Source of the DNA: Chloroflexota bacterium | GTDB lineage: Bacteria; Chloroflexota; Chloroflexia; Chloroflexales; Roseiflexaceae | DNA length: 62,062 nt | Direction: 5' to 3' | Assembly (NCBI GenBank): GCA_030550675.1 | Contig: JAUQOW010000001.1 | Coordinates: 1-62,062 of the forward strand | In this document: piece by piece, positions 33,059 to 44,312 of the stretch | Layout of the letters: every line of letters starts with the position of its first letter | Numbering within the stretch: the stretch's first letter is position 1 | Program-made: the position numbers and the translations under genes | The notes under the pieces: model-generated | What the model saw: only the letters and a program-made list of their open reading frames with translations | Databases searched by the model: none | Told to the model about the DNA's origin: nothing

Positions 33059-33164
33059 TCCCCTGCACAGCGGGTGCGCAGGGAGGGGCGCCCCGCAAGG
33101 TGTAGATTTTTTGACAGGCTCGTATGTTGCATCCCCAGTTTCGAGCTTCGAGACGCGCATACTC

Positions 33165-33320
33165 GCCCTTCTCCCGCCGCGTGGGAGAAGGGTGCGGCTC
33201 ACAAGGGTAGAGTTTTTCGGCAAGCCCTTATGTTGAGTCGTCCGTTTCAGGCATCAGAATGCCCTGACTTCCCTTTCTCCCCTTGTGGGAGAAGGGGGCA
33301 GGAGGGATGAGGGGAAAAAG
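33165..33320. repeat. CCCCTTCTCCC-type REP/MITE element
   Basis: cccttctcccgccgcgtgggagaaggg and ttctccccttgtgggagaaggggg; inverted homolog of 8065-8165. Confidence 0.75.
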
Positions 33321-33520
33321 GCATCGGGACGCGGAAAACACCTCTGCGAAAAAAACCTCCGGAATTCTGCGTCTCTGTGATCAACACAAACACAAATGAG
33401 AACGCTTGCACCTTATTTCCTTTCGTAGAGAATGGACAACGAAACGTTTCTCGCCGTTGCGCAGTGCGTCATGGAGCGGTATAGTAGAAAAGGACTGTGA
33501 TCGTTCACAGGGAGACTGTC

Positions 33521-34396
33521 ATGACGCACAACTTCTATGCTCCATCTCTCGCCACAATCTACGCTCAGGCCGGTCCTCTCACCGACCTGTCGATGTATCG
33601 TGATCACCTTGTCTGCCTCCCCGCGACTATCGCAGATCTCTGTCGGGTCATTCAGGGAATACTGATCCCTGTATTCTGGCAGGGAGCGGACGCCACGCGG
33701 CAAGAGGCGGATCACAGGCGCGGTCTGTATGCACGATCAGCCGCTGCCGGATTGGAGGCTATTCTGGCGATCGACGACCGTCCGCTGACCATCGCGCGTC
33801 CGCTGGAGCGACGCCTTCCGGCGACCTCGCGCGACTACAGCGTCCTTCTGGTGGCGCTGCTCCGCCATCAGGGCGTTCCAGCGCGTTCGCGATGCGGCTT
33901 TGCAACCTATGTCGCGCCGCAACGCTACGAAGAGCGCTGGCTGGTCGAATACTGGGATGCTGATGCGCATCGCTGGACGCTGGTCGATCCACAAATGGAT
34001 GAGGCGCAACGCACGGCGCTCAACGTTTCATTCGATCCGCTCGATGTCCCGCGGGTTCGCTGCTTGAGCAGCGGCGGCGCCTGGCAGCGCTGTCGGTCGG
34101 GGATGCTCGACCCCACGCTCTTCGGCAACCTCGAAGACCGGGGTATGCACGCCATCCGCTGCACCCTGATCCGTGACCTGGCGGCGCTCAACCGTGTCGA
34201 AATGCAGCCGCGGGACCGCTGGGGACTCATGCTGCCGCCGGATGAGATGCTCAACGATGCGGACATAGCGCTGCTCGACACCGTGGCGCATGCGACCGTC
34301 GGCGCCGTGGCGACCCCCTCCGCCGATGCGGTTGAGGCGATCTACGCCTCGGATCCCCGGCTTCGCCCGCCCACAATCGAAGATGACCGAGCATGA
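33521..34396 (+). CDS. Transglutaminase-like domain protein, probably catalytically altered
   Basis: RLPATSRDYSVLL..LLRHQGVPARSRCGFATY..ERWLVEYW..WTLVD. Confidence 0.8.
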   Translation: MTHNFYAPSLATIYAQAGPLTDLSMYRDHLVCLPATIADLCRVIQGILIPVFWQGADATRQEADHRRGLYARSAAAGLEAILAIDDRPLTIARPLERRLPATSRDYSVLLVALLRHQGVPARSRCGFATYVAPQRYEERWLVEYWDADAHRWTLVDPQMDEAQRTALNVSFDPLDVPRVRCLSSGGAWQRCRSGMLDPTLFGNLEDRGMHAIRCTLIRDLAALNRVEMQPRDRWGLMLPPDEMLNDADIALLDTVAHATVGAVATPSADAVEAIYASDPRLRPPTIEDDRA

Positions 34397-34409
34397 CAAC
34401 TTGAGGGCG

Positions 34410-34440
34410 GGCGTGGGCTTCGACAGGCTTAGCCCACGCC
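34410..34440. repeat. Lone TCGACAGGCT-loop hairpin between convergent genes
   Basis: ggcgtgggct-tcgacaggctt-agcccacgcc. Confidence 0.75.
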
Positions 34441-34494
34441 CTCTCACACAACGGTATTGCCCATCATTGCCGTTGTGTGGGAGAGCGCCGCAAG

Positions 34495-37230
34495 TTATCC
34501 AGTAGCGCGCAAACCAGCCGCAATCGCGTTGATCAGCACCAGGAGCAGGCGGAGTTGCTCTTCGCCTGCTTCCGGGTCGAGATCGCGCACCGCACGCCAG
34601 GATCGCAGCCGCATAATCTGTTCGCGGTGCAGCGAATACAGCCCTTCACGCCGCAGTTCAAGCTGGCGGGCGATGTAGGGGCGTTTCTCTTCGAGCTTTC
34701 CGCCATATACTGCTTCGAGCATTGTGAGGGTGCGCGCAAACTCTTGCAGAATGGTGTCGAGGATGACCGTGCGCGTCACCGGGTCATGCACCAACTCTGC
34801 ATATGCGCGCATAATATGTTCATCGGCATTCATCACGCTTGTGGCTGCGTTGCCAAGGAGATAATGCAGCGGCGCCCATTCGCGCATTTCAGCGCAAAGA
34901 ATGTCGAAAAGCGCCGGGTCTTCCGCCTGCACCATTGCCAGCCCGCTGCCAATGCCGTACCATCCTGACAGATAAAAGCGCGCCTGGTTCCAGCTAAACA
35001 CCCACGGAATGGCGCGCAGATCCGCCAGCGATTGCGCGCCGGTGCGCCGCGCCGGTCGTGAACCAATCCGACTTGCCTCGATCGCATCGATAGGCGTCGC
35101 CTCGCGGAAGAACGGAATGAAACGCTCGTGATCCACCAGCGCCCGGTATGCTTGCTGGCTATAACGGGCAAGCATGTCGAGCGCCATCGTCAAATGCTCT
35201 GGTCTGGACGCGTAGGGACGAAGCGTAGCGCCGGTGACGCCCGCCAGCAGGAGTTCAAAATTGTAGACTGCGCTGATGCGATTGGCATATTTTTGAGAAA
35301 TGGTTTCACCCTGCTCAGTCATACGCAGATCGCCCGCCAGCGCTTCGACCGGTAATGCCCTGATGAAACGCCCCGTCGGTCCGGCGCCGCGGCTCAGGGT
35401 TCCGCCGCGACCATGGAAGAAGCGGATGCGCACCCCTGCTGCCCGTCCTTCGGCAGCGAGCGCCTGCTGCGCCTTCTGCAACGCCCACAAACTGGCGCCA
35501 ATGCCGCCATCCTTGTTGCTGTCGCTATACCCGATCATCACCTGCTGCACCCATTCGGCTGAACCGCGCGCCTGCCGCTGCCACTCCAGGCTGCGCTGCA
35601 CAATCGGATGCGCCAGATAGTCGCGCAGGATCGTCGGGCTGCGCTCGAGGTCGTCAATCGTCTCGAAGAGCGGTACCACAGGCAGAGGGCAGACAGGACC
35701 CTCCGGCGTGCTGACAAGCAATCCGGTCTCGCGGGCAAAGAGGAACACAACTAGCAGATCGGACAGATTGCGCGTCATACTGACGATCAGCGCACCTAGC
35801 CCGTCGGCGCCGTAGTTGTGGATATATTCGACCAGCACCCGGTAGCAGCTCAGCACCGCCTCAGCCTCCGGTCCGACTGGCATCCCCATCCTGGTGAAGG
35901 GACGCGGCGACTCCAGTTCCGCCTCGATGAGCGCTATGCGCCGGGTTTCGTCCCAGGAAGGATAATCGCCGCCATCAATGCCAGCCGCCGTGAGCAATTG
36001 CGCCAGCGCCCGGTCGTGAAAGGCGCTGTTCTGCCGGATGTCGAGCACTGCCAGATGAAAGCCAAAGGTGCGGACGCTGCGGATCAGCGGTCGCACATCG
36101 GCTCGCGCCAGCCGCGTCGCGCCAACCGCAACCAGCGCCTCATCGAGCAGGCGCAGGTCGGCAATAAGTTCAGCAGCGCGCGCATAGCGGCCAGGGGCAG
36201 GCGCTCCAACGGGGTCTGGCAAACGCGCCATGATAATGTTTACCATCTGACGCCAGGGTTCATACGGGTTGCGATCAAGCGCCCGCTGTCCGGCGTCTCC
36301 GAGCAGACCGGCGTAGTGATGCAACGCACTGATCAGGAAGTCGGGCGGGGTCTGGAGCAGGCTGGAGAGACTCAGACGCCGCACCAGCGTCGTCAATTGA
36401 TCGCGCAGCAGATCAAGCGCGTGCGAGCGCAGTTCGAGCAGCGCCATGCGCGTGACCTCGGCGGTCACCAGCGGATGCCCGTCACGATCGCCGCCGACCC
36501 ACGTCCCGAAGGTGATTCTCGGCAGCGTATCAGGGTCATCGAGCAACGCCGGATCATTGCCGACCGCCTCCCACATCTGCCGTAGCCGTTGATCATGGTA
36601 CGCCAGCGCTTCAGGAAATACATTGCGAAGATAGTGAATGGCATTGCGCAATTCAGAGGCGACATCGGGACGCTTGAGAAAGATGTCGCCGGTGCGCCAG
36701 AGACGTTCCAGAATCGCGCGCACATCGTCGGCGATACCCTGCCGCTCGAGCGGCGTCCACATCTGGTTTTCGGCTTTAACCAGTTGCAGATAGAGTTCGC
36801 GATAGTGCGCCAGCACCGTCGCACGTTTGGCTTCAGTGGGATGCGCCGTCAGAACGAGTTCGACCTGAATGCGCGGCAGCGCGGCGGCAATCTGCGCATC
36901 GCTCAATCCTGCCGCGCGCAACTGGACCAGCGTCTGCCCCCAGAGACCACGCAGCGCGGCTGGTCCATCAACTGTCTCAGCAGCGCGGCGTGTTTGCGCT
37001 TCAGCATTCTCTTCGACAAGATTGAGCAACTGAAAAGCGATGGCATACGCCTGTGGCGCGCGTTCGGGCAGATTCACCGGACACGACGGATGACGCCCTG
37101 TCCAGGGCAACAATGCATGAATATCGGCGGCGCCAGCGGCGTCCAGGACCTCATAGAAACGATCAAGCAACCAGCGCAAATCACGTTCAACACGCGCCTG
37201 TGCCGGTATGTCGCCAATACCAATGCTCAT
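34495..37230 (-). CDS. ppc: Phosphoenolpyruvate carboxylase
   Basis: VLTAHPTE, GGDRDGHP, QQVMIGYSDSNKDGG, FHGRGG, LRAIPWVFSW. Confidence 0.97.
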   Translation of the reverse strand: MSIGIGDIPAQARVERDLRWLLDRFYEVLDAAGAADIHALLPWTGRHPSCPVNLPERAPQAYAIAFQLLNLVEENAEAQTRRAAETVDGPAALRGLWGQTLVQLRAAGLSDAQIAAALPRIQVELVLTAHPTEAKRATVLAHYRELYLQLVKAENQMWTPLERQGIADDVRAILERLWRTGDIFLKRPDVASELRNAIHYLRNVFPEALAYHDQRLRQMWEAVGNDPALLDDPDTLPRITFGTWVGGDRDGHPLVTAEVTRMALLELRSHALDLLRDQLTTLVRRLSLSSLLQTPPDFLISALHHYAGLLGDAGQRALDRNPYEPWRQMVNIIMARLPDPVGAPAPGRYARAAELIADLRLLDEALVAVGATRLARADVRPLIRSVRTFGFHLAVLDIRQNSAFHDRALAQLLTAAGIDGGDYPSWDETRRIALIEAELESPRPFTRMGMPVGPEAEAVLSCYRVLVEYIHNYGADGLGALIVSMTRNLSDLLVVFLFARETGLLVSTPEGPVCPLPVVPLFETIDDLERSPTILRDYLAHPIVQRSLEWQRQARGSAEWVQQVMIGYSDSNKDGGIGASLWALQKAQQALAAEGRAAGVRIRFFHGRGGTLSRGAGPTGRFIRALPVEALAGDLRMTEQGETISQKYANRISAVYNFELLLAGVTGATLRPYASRPEHLTMALDMLARYSQQAYRALVDHERFIPFFREATPIDAIEASRIGSRPARRTGAQSLADLRAIPWVFSWNQARFYLSGWYGIGSGLAMVQAEDPALFDILCAEMREWAPLHYLLGNAATSVMNADEHIMRAYAELVHDPVTRTVILDTILQEFARTLTMLEAVYGGKLEEKRPYIARQLELRREGLYSLHREQIMRLRSWRAVRDLDPEAGEEQLRLLLVLINAIAAGLRATG

Positions 37231-37329
37231 ATGCTCAAAATCCTCCATGACTGACAGCGCGGGTCGGCCAGCCCGCCGAGGCCGGTCGCCAGCCCATACG
37301 CTGAAAATCCCCCACAACTTATCGCCCGT

Positions 37330-38841
37330 TTACGGCAATCTCTGATAGATTTCAGTCAGGTCGCGGAGACGGTGCGCAAGACGTTGATCAAGCGCTCCTG
37401 GCGGCATACGCCAGGTCCAGTTGTGCAATCCCAGCGTGCCAGGCAGATTCATCCGCGCCTCGCTTCCCAAACCAAGCAGGTCTTGCACCGTCGTTATTGC
37501 CGTATCGGCGACCGACATCCAGGCGGTGCGGATGAATGCCCAGGCGATGTCGTCGGCGCTGCCGCAGAGATAGCGCAGCGCATCACGACGCTCAGCTTCG
37601 GTTGAACTGTTTGTAAACCAACCGACAAGGGTGTCGTTATCGTGGGTGCCGGTGTAGACGACGCAATTGCGCGGGTAGTTGTGCGGAAAGAAGCGATCGC
37701 CTTCACGGCGGTTGAAGGCGAACTGGAGAATGCGCATCCCCGGAAAGCCAAACTGCGCCATGAGCGCGTCGAGACCGGCGCGCAATTCGGGAGTGAAATC
37801 GCCCAGGTCCTCAGCGATGATCGCCACCTCGCCGAGCGCCGCCGCGACTGCCTTGAACAGGTCGGCGCGCGGACCATCGACCCAGCGACCATTGATAGCG
37901 GTTGTCTCGCCTGCCGGGATTTCCCAATAGTTGTAGAACCCGCGAAAATGATCGATACGCACAACATCCGCGAGCGTGAAGGCGGCGCGAAAGCGGTCGA
38001 TCCACCAGCGATACCCATCAGCAGCCATCACATCCCAACGGTAGAGCGGATGTCCCCACAACTGTCCCGTCTCGCTGAAATAATCAGGCGGCACCCCGGA
38101 GACGACGGTTGGGCGAAGGTCTGCATCAAAGTAAAACAAATGCGGATTCGCCCAGACATCAGCGCTGTCGAGCGCGACGAAGATCGGGACATCACCGATG
38201 ATGCGAATGCCGCGACGATTGGCATAGCGTCGCAATTCTCGCCATTGCGTGAAGAACACCCACTGAAAGTATTTGTGCGCCTCAATCGTATCGGCGAGTT
38301 CGGCGCGCACGCGCGCCAGCGCATCCGGCTCGCGCGCCGCAAGCGCCGGAGGCCACTCCGTCCAGGCGCGCATGGCGTGCGTCTGTTTCAGCGCCATAAA
38401 GAGCGCCACATCGTCGAGCCACGCCGCCTGCTCCGCGCAGAACCGCTCGAACGGCGCACGATCAGCGGAGGGCAGCGTCTGAAAGCGCCTGAACGCGCGA
38501 TCCAGCAACGCCGACTTCCAGGCGATGACGGCGCCAAAATCGACCCGCTCATCAGGGAATGCAGGACGATCAGCGAGATCGGCAACGGTCAGATGCCCGG
38601 CGGCAATCAGGCGATCAGGGCTGATCAGCATCGGATTGCCAGCGAAAGCCGACGTCCCCTGATAGGGCGAGTCGGCATATCCGGTCGGACTGAGCGGCAG
38701 GACCTGCCAGTATGTCTGCCCGGCAGCCGCCAGAAAATCGACAAAGCGATACGCCTCCTCTCCCAGATCGCCGATGCCATACGGACCGGGCAGGGAGGTC
38801 GGGTGCAGGATCAACCCGCTGCGTCGTGGGAAAGGTCTCAT
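37330..38841 (-). CDS. malQ: 4-alpha-glucanotransferase (GH77)
   Basis: LHPTSLP, GVPPDYFS, RIDHFRG, AEDLG, YTGTHDNDT. Confidence 0.97.
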   Translation of the reverse strand: MRPFPRRSGLILHPTSLPGPYGIGDLGEEAYRFVDFLAAAGQTYWQVLPLSPTGYADSPYQGTSAFAGNPMLISPDRLIAAGHLTVADLADRPAFPDERVDFGAVIAWKSALLDRAFRRFQTLPSADRAPFERFCAEQAAWLDDVALFMALKQTHAMRAWTEWPPALAAREPDALARVRAELADTIEAHKYFQWVFFTQWRELRRYANRRGIRIIGDVPIFVALDSADVWANPHLFYFDADLRPTVVSGVPPDYFSETGQLWGHPLYRWDVMAADGYRWWIDRFRAAFTLADVVRIDHFRGFYNYWEIPAGETTAINGRWVDGPRADLFKAVAAALGEVAIIAEDLGDFTPELRAGLDALMAQFGFPGMRILQFAFNRREGDRFFPHNYPRNCVVYTGTHDNDTLVGWFTNSSTEAERRDALRYLCGSADDIAWAFIRTAWMSVADTAITTVQDLLGLGSEARMNLPGTLGLHNWTWRMPPGALDQRLAHRLRDLTEIYQRLP

Positions 38842-39100
38842 AGAACGTACAATCCCGGAAAGGAGCGATCTGCGCTTTGGCGCTTTCAGCCTTGCTCGCC
38901 GTTTCGCATACCCGGATTATACACCGGCAGCGCGCCGTCATGTCAGCACACAACGCTCGCAGGCGGCATTGTGTTCAAGTGATCACATTCTGATCCATCA
39001 GTCGAAGCGCACCGCACAGCAGCCGTCCGAGCGATGTTCCGACGGCTGCTGGCATCTATGCTACCATGTGCGTCACCCGGTTATCTGGAAGGAGACCAGC

Positions 39101-40342
39101 ATGGAGAGCCTCGATCTGACCTGGATCCGCGCGCAGTTTCCCGCCCTGGCGCAGGAAATGAACGGTCGTCCTGTCGTGTTTTTCGATGGACCGGGAGGAA
39201 CGCAGGTTCCTCAGCGGGTGATCGACGCCATGAGCGAGTATCTGACCCTGCACAACTCGAATACGCATGGCGCGTTTGCCGCCAGCCGCCGGACGGATGC
39301 AATCATCGACGCAGCACGCGCCGCGATGGCTGATTTCCTGGGATGTGACGCCGATGAGGTCGTCTTTGGTCCGAACATGACCACCCTGACGTTTGCGATC
39401 AGTCGGGCGTTCGGACGCGAGATCCGTCCCGGTGACGAGATTGTGGTCACCCGCCTGGATCACGATGCCAATGTGGCGCCCTGGCAGGCGCTCGAAGAGC
39501 GTGGCGCCATCATTCGGATGGTCGATATCGATGTGGAGAATTGCACCCTCGACATGGCGGATATGGCGCGTGCGATTAATCCCCGCACGAAACTGGTGGC
39601 GGTCGGGTATGCATCAAATGCCGTCGGTACGATTAACGATGTAGCGACAATCACGCGCATGGCGCACGATGTTGGTGCGCTGGTGTACATCGACGCGGTG
39701 CACTACGCGCCCCACGGTCCGATTGATGTGCGCGCGCTCGACTGCGATTTTCTGGCATGCTCGCCGTACAAATTCTTTGCACCGCACATGGGGGCGCTCT
39801 ACGGCAAGCGCGAGCATCTGGAGCGCCTGCGCCCATACAAGGTGCGCCCCGCCTCCGATGCCGTTCCCGACCGCTGGGAAACCGGCGCCAAAAACCATGA
39901 AGGGCTGGCGGGGGTTACAGCCGCGATTGACTATCTGGCAGAACTGGGACAGCGCCTGAAACCGGCAGCGACTCGACGTGCAGCGATCACGCAGGCGATG
40001 GAAGCCATTCAGGCATATGAGCGGCGGCTTTCGCAGAAACTGATCGCTGGTCTGCTCGCTATTCCGGGGTTGACCCTCTACGGCATCAGTGACCCGGCGC
40101 GCTTTGCATGGCGCACCCCAACTGTAGCCATACGCATGGAAGGGTGCACCCCGCGCGAACTCGCCAGGAAACTGGGGGATCGCGGGATATTTTGCTGGGA
40201 TGGCAACTACTACGCCATCAACCTGACTGAACGCCTCGGCGTCGAAGCGGACGGCGGCATGCTGCGGATCGGGCTGGTGCACTACAACGCCCCGGAGGAG
40301 ATTGACCGGTTATTGGAGGCATTGCAGGAGGTTAGAGGTTAG
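39101..40342 (+). CDS. Cysteine desulfurase-like protein (class V aminotransferase)
   Basis: FDGPGGTQVP, DHDAN, DAVHYAPH, CSPYKFF. Confidence 0.92.
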   Translation: MESLDLTWIRAQFPALAQEMNGRPVVFFDGPGGTQVPQRVIDAMSEYLTLHNSNTHGAFAASRRTDAIIDAARAAMADFLGCDADEVVFGPNMTTLTFAISRAFGREIRPGDEIVVTRLDHDANVAPWQALEERGAIIRMVDIDVENCTLDMADMARAINPRTKLVAVGYASNAVGTINDVATITRMAHDVGALVYIDAVHYAPHGPIDVRALDCDFLACSPYKFFAPHMGALYGKREHLERLRPYKVRPASDAVPDRWETGAKNHEGLAGVTAAIDYLAELGQRLKPAATRRAAITQAMEAIQAYERRLSQKLIAGLLAIPGLTLYGISDPARFAWRTPTVAIRMEGCTPRELARKLGDRGIFCWDGNYYAINLTERLGVEADGGMLRIGLVHYNAPEEIDRLLEALQEVRG

Positions 40343-40347
40343 GAATT

Positions 40348-40386
40348 GGTTCTCGGTTCTCAGTTCTTGGTTCTCAGTCCTCGGTT
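40348..40386. repeat. Heptamer tandem repeat (GGTTCTC-like, about 5 units)
   Basis: ggttctc ggttctc agttctt ggttctc agtcctc ggtt. Confidence 0.8.
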
Positions 40387-40389
40387 GAT

Positions 40390-40418
40390 TTGACAAACCC
40401 CCACGTCTTGCGTATGAT
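40390..40418 (+). promoter_or_regulatory. sigma70 promoter of tRNA-Pro
   Basis: TTGACA-17 bp-TATGAT. Confidence 0.8.
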
Positions 40419-40438
40419 TCAATCTGGTCATTGCCATA

Positions 40439-40515
<77 letters not shown>

Positions 40516-40674
40516 GGATCAGATATTCCCTCTTGCAAGCCCGCATAGACGGGTTATATTGATATACCCCAAAATTGCATCCAACCGACGTTTTCTATCG
40601 TATAATAAGACGAGTGAAAGTTTAAGCCTCAGCGGGCTAGGGCTGCGGCTGCGTGTACTGGAATGTTTTAATGA

Positions 40675-40704
40675 TTGACAAGGTAAGCGCCCTGAGTGTA
40701 TGAT
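40675..40704 (+). promoter_or_regulatory. sigma70 promoter for the sigma factor gene
   Basis: TTGACA-18 bp-TATGAT. Confidence 0.7.
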
Positions 40705-40868
40705 TATGTCGGGTTCTTGACATCAAGAGCCTGGTGGGTTCGTCGCCCCCGCACAATAAGCGCTCGACCAGGCTCGTTGGGCGCGCCTGAGACAGGATAC
40801 GCAGAGGGCGCGGCTCCTCCCGGCATCTCGGAGGAGCCGCGTTATGTCTCTCTAGATGGAGTTGCGCC

Positions 40869-41912
<1,044 letters not shown>

Positions 41913-41929
41913 GAGACGTTTTTTCCTTC

Positions 41930-41961
41930 GCCCCCTTCCGCGTTGCGGAAGGGGGTTTTTT
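41930..41961 (+). terminator. Rho-independent terminator
   Basis: cccccttccgc-gtt-gcggaaggggg followed by a T-run. Confidence 0.85.
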
Positions 41962-42071
41962 ATAGAATGAGTTAGGATGATACTTCTCTCATCTCTGGCC
42001 GCACCGCCGTCATCGCTTTGTTTGCTGGACGCTCTAGTATAGAAAGAGCGACATATGCGCACTAAAGAAAC

Positions 42072-43721
42072 GTGAAAAAGGCAGTCAACAACATACCCTT
42101 TCTGCAACCGCTGATCCTGTTCTTTGTTGGCGGCGTGCTGGGAACGCTGGTCGCCTACGATCCAGCGTTGAGCCTGGCGTGGCTGGCGCCGATGCTGCTG
42201 GGAGCGGCATTATACCTTGTCATCGTGACGGCGCTGCGCTATCGGCTGGCAATCGTCGCTGCGATGCTCGCGTTCTGGAGCATCGGATACAGCATGATGC
42301 TGGCGACACAGTACCGCCATCTGGGGTTCAGCGAGAAACTGGGATTTGCCGCCTGGCTCGGACGGTTGCTCAGTGCGCCTTTTCCAGATATGACGCCAGT
42401 GTTCGTTGATGCCAATGCAGCCGCATCATTCCTGGCGCCGGCAATGCCGCTTCTCGTAGGGCTGGCGTGGGCTGCACGCGGCGCCCGTCGCGCGGCATGG
42501 AGCGTCGCCGCCGCTGCTGTCGCGGTTGGTTTGTTCCTCACTGCTTCGCGCGGCGCGTTCGTTGCGCTGGCGGCGGCGAGTCTTCTCTGGCTGCTGGTGC
42601 GCTTTCAGGCGTATGCGTATCGCTCCGGCGCCCGGCTGCCGCGCTTTGACCAGCGGAGCGCTATCGTGACAGGTGCGGCTGTGGCTGGCATCACCGCTGG
42701 CAGCATATTGCTGATCCAGCATCCGCTGGTGCAGGACGCCCTTGCCTCGGCGCTGCTGCGCGCTGCGGATCGACTGGCAGTCTACCGCAACAGCCTGTTC
42801 CTGGCGCTCGATTTTCCGTTCAGCGGGATTGGACCAGGGACAGTGTTCGGTCAGATGTATTCGCGTTTTCAGTTGCTGATTATTCCGACATATATCAGCT
42901 ACCCGCACAATCTGTTCCTCGGCGTCTGGCTGGCGCAGGGCGCTATCGGTCTGATTGGCTTTCTCTGGTTGCTTGTCGCCGCGTTGCGCTGCATTGCGCC
43001 AGCGCTCCATGCGCAGGCTCCGCTCACCCAGGGAGCGACGATTGGGTGCGCTACGCTCCTGCTCCACGGGCTGACCGACGCACCACAGTACGATACATCC
43101 TGGGCGACGATGATCCTGGCGTTTGGTCTCTTCGGCATTGCCACTGCTGCCGCCCGCCTATCTGAGACATCAGCGCCCGGTGTGAAGTCGGCGCCACGAC
43201 GCCGTTCCTTCCGATCGCGGGCAATCGCCGCCGCAGGCATCATCGCCCTGGCAGTGAGCGCGCCGCACCTGGCGGCTGCGGGGGCAGGCAACGCCGCCGC
43301 CTGGCTTCAGGCGCGCGCCCTGCTTGCCGAAGGACTGACACAGGAAGAACGCACCGCACTGATGCACGAATCGGTCGTCTGGGTCAACCATGGGCTGCGG
43401 ATCGCGCCGGATTCGCCGCTGATCCAGAAACGCCTGGGCATGCTGGCGCTCGATCTGGGCGATTACCCGCGCGCGATCAGCGCTCTCGAACGCGCTCAGA
43501 CTCTGTTGGCTGGCGATCAGGCGACCCGCAAAGCGCTGGGTATGGCGTATGTGTGGAACGGCGAGCCAGAACGTGGCGCCGAAATCCTGGCGTATCTCGA
43601 CTATGCTGATGCAGTGCGCGAGGAACTGGGCATCTGGGTGTACGCCTGGAAAGATCGGGGACGCGACGATCTCGCCGCCTATGCGCAGCGCGCCGCGCAG
43701 GCAATGGCGGCAATTCACTGA
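42072..43721 (+). CDS. O-antigen ligase family membrane protein with C-terminal TPR
   Basis: NAAASFL, TASRGA, DRL..PFSGIGPG, PHNLFL, LHGLTD; TPR-like helices. Confidence 0.85.
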   Translation: MKKAVNNIPFLQPLILFFVGGVLGTLVAYDPALSLAWLAPMLLGAALYLVIVTALRYRLAIVAAMLAFWSIGYSMMLATQYRHLGFSEKLGFAAWLGRLLSAPFPDMTPVFVDANAAASFLAPAMPLLVGLAWAARGARRAAWSVAAAAVAVGLFLTASRGAFVALAAASLLWLLVRFQAYAYRSGARLPRFDQRSAIVTGAAVAGITAGSILLIQHPLVQDALASALLRAADRLAVYRNSLFLALDFPFSGIGPGTVFGQMYSRFQLLIIPTYISYPHNLFLGVWLAQGAIGLIGFLWLLVAALRCIAPALHAQAPLTQGATIGCATLLLHGLTDAPQYDTSWATMILAFGLFGIATAAARLSETSAPGVKSAPRRRSFRSRAIAAAGIIALAVSAPHLAAAGAGNAAAWLQARALLAEGLTQEERTALMHESVVWVNHGLRIAPDSPLIQKRLGMLALDLGDYPRAISALERAQTLLAGDQATRKALGMAYVWNGEPERGAEILAYLDYADAVREELGIWVYAWKDRGRDDLAAYAQRAAQAMAAIH

Positions 43722-43735
43722 GATCTCGACCTCGT

Positions 43736-44110
43736 TTAAGATTGCGACGAGCCTCTCAAAGGGTTGACGATCATGAACTGGTTGGCAACAATCAGCCCAT
43801 CATGCATATCTTCAGGGTAAAGGATTGTCGCACCTGCTGCAAGCGCACTGGACAGGATCAGACTATCCCAATACGAAACCTGGTGCACTGTGCGGAGATC
43901 GGAAGCGCGCAAAAGAATGGCGCGAGTATGCTCAATAACCAGATATTTGCGATAGAACGAGCGAATCAACTTGCGGATATCCGACTCAGCGGCTTGAAAT
44001 TTGCGCAGCGGGTTGACGGCAACTTCATTGATGACTTGCGTGCTCAAGGCGATCTATGATGTACTACGAATGATCTCTCTGGCTCGTTGCGATTTCTGGA
44101 TGTCCTGACT
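43736..44110 (-). pseudogene. 5'-truncated PIN/VapC toxin with an internal stop
   Basis: QDIQKSQRAREIIRSTS*IALSTQVINE...SYWDSLI...LYPEDMHDG...IVNP; the N-terminal DTN motif is absent. Confidence 0.8.
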
Positions 44111-44223
44111 TCGCCGATAAGAATAATCATAATGCGTGCATAACCTTTCATGCGGTGACGATATTCCTCCGGAATCTCGACAGTGCCGTGCTCAATGCGG
44201 GTTTGGAACTCAATGACGCTCAT
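44044..44223 (-). pseudogene. Antitoxin-like ORF, apparently truncated and running into the PIN remnant
   Basis: MSVIEFQTRIEHGTVEIPEEYR...ARIMIIL (59 aa), directly upstream of the PIN remnant. Confidence 0.6.
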
Positions 44224-44312
44224 AAGTCACTTCTGCCTCAAAAGGACGCAGCGACACCCGCTTGCAAACAAGTGTAGCACGATTCAGACGATAAGACGAG
44301 TTCGCGGCGCTC

